Shown here: piece after piece, positions 63,215 through 64,000 of the stretch
Position numbering within the stretch: position 1 is the first letter of the stretch
Layout of the letters: each line of letters opens with the position of its first letter
Source of the DNA: Heterodontus francisci
Taxonomy: Eukaryota
Length of the DNA stretch: 64,000 bases
Direction: 5' to 3'
NCBI RefSeq assembly: GCF_036365525.1
Contig: NC_090399.1
Coordinates: 42,378,430 to 42,442,429 of the forward strand
Translations under genes and position numbers: made by a program
Notes under the pieces: generated by a model
Seen by the model: the letters and a program-made list of their open reading frames with translations, nothing else
The model's database searches: none
What the model was told of the DNA's origin: nothing

Positions 63215-63542
63215 TATTTCTTCCTTTATACCCTGTCCTACAATGTGATAATTGTTCGGGGGCCTGTACACCACTCCCACAAGTGACTTCTTGCCTTTAT
63301 CATTTCTCATCTCGACCCAAACCGCTTCTACATCCTAGTTTCCTGAACTTAGGTCATCCCTCTCTATTAGCTCGATCCCTCTCCACTCCCCAACCACCAG
63401 CAAAATCCATCAGACCTACTCCGCAAACGCCAACAAAACCCATCAGATCCACTCCCCAAATAGGAGTAATACCGATTCTGGGAGAATGACAACTCTAAAC
63501 CTCTGGAAAGGAAACTGAGCAGCTGACAGGAATCCACGTCCA

Positions 63543-63900
63543 GATTAGATTATTAGATTAAATATACAGCACTGAAACAGGCCCTTCGGCCCACCGAGTC
63601 TGTGCCGAACATCAACCACCCATTTATACTAATCCTACACTAATCCCATATTCCTACCAAACATCCCCACCTGTCCCTATATTTCCCTACCACCTACCTA
63701 TACTAGTGACAATTTATAATGGCCAATTTACCTATCAACCTGCAAGTCTTTTGGCTTGTGGGAGGAAACCGGAGCACCCGAGAAAACCCACGCAGACACA
63801 GGGAGAACTTGCAAACTCCACACAGGCAGTACCCGGAATCGAACCCAGGTCCCTGGAACTGCGAGGCTGCGGTGCTAACCACTGCGCCACTGTGCCGCCC
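63543..63900 (-). mobile_element. HE1-like V-SINE, full length
   Basis: Antisense head gggcggcacagtggcgcagtggttagc; core and tail as in the other copies. Confidence 0.93.
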
Positions 63901-64000
63901 ATTGTGAGACGTTTCCAGGGGTCTTTATCCTCAATCCCTACCCCCTCCCCAGGATATCTCCAGCCTCCGACAGTTAAGGAGCAGCCATCTCCAGAGGGCC

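Larger units (their letters stand above)
57483..63375 (-). mobile_element. CR1 LINE (same family as 48895-51780), split by a younger CR1 and a Penelope fragment
   Basis: Pieces 57483-59635, 62706-63046 and 63215-63375 are collinear with the 48895 copy. Confidence 0.88.

Overview
Repeat-saturated vertebrate genomic DNA, most likely from a cartilaginous fish: it carries HE1/V-SINE-type SINEs with CR1-type partner LINEs and a GPR139-like gene of the kind expanded in sharks. I see no intact host gene. Left to right: (1) a spliced, decayed Mutator-like (MULE; ZSWIM1/3-type) transposase gene on the minus strand. Its C-terminal frame runs stop-free through a 45-bp minisatellite to the window edge, an ORF absent from the supplied track, and a CpG-rich NRF1/CRE cluster lies upstream. 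(2) CR1 fragments, 49-bp and 15-bp minisatellites, and a ~9.2-kb 35/36-bp two-variant satellite with kb-scale internal duplications. (3) A 5'-inverted RTE LINE and a CR1 broken up by about 8 nested insertions (CR1s, solo LTRs, SINEs). (4) A decayed tRNA-Arg(ACG) unit with a Tx1-clade LINE ending in its repeated spacer. (5) Duplicated Gypsy integrase fragments and an L2. (6) A two-exon GPR139-like GPCR pseudogene with Penelope elements in its intron and an orphan RNF20/BRE1-like exon just upstream. (7) Stacked CR1s, a minisatellite split into three pieces, and a Penelope fragment with a hammerhead-ribozyme motif, a 16-bp TSD and a telomeric filler. Family assignments rest on motif recognition from memory, not database searches, and many boundaries are approximate.
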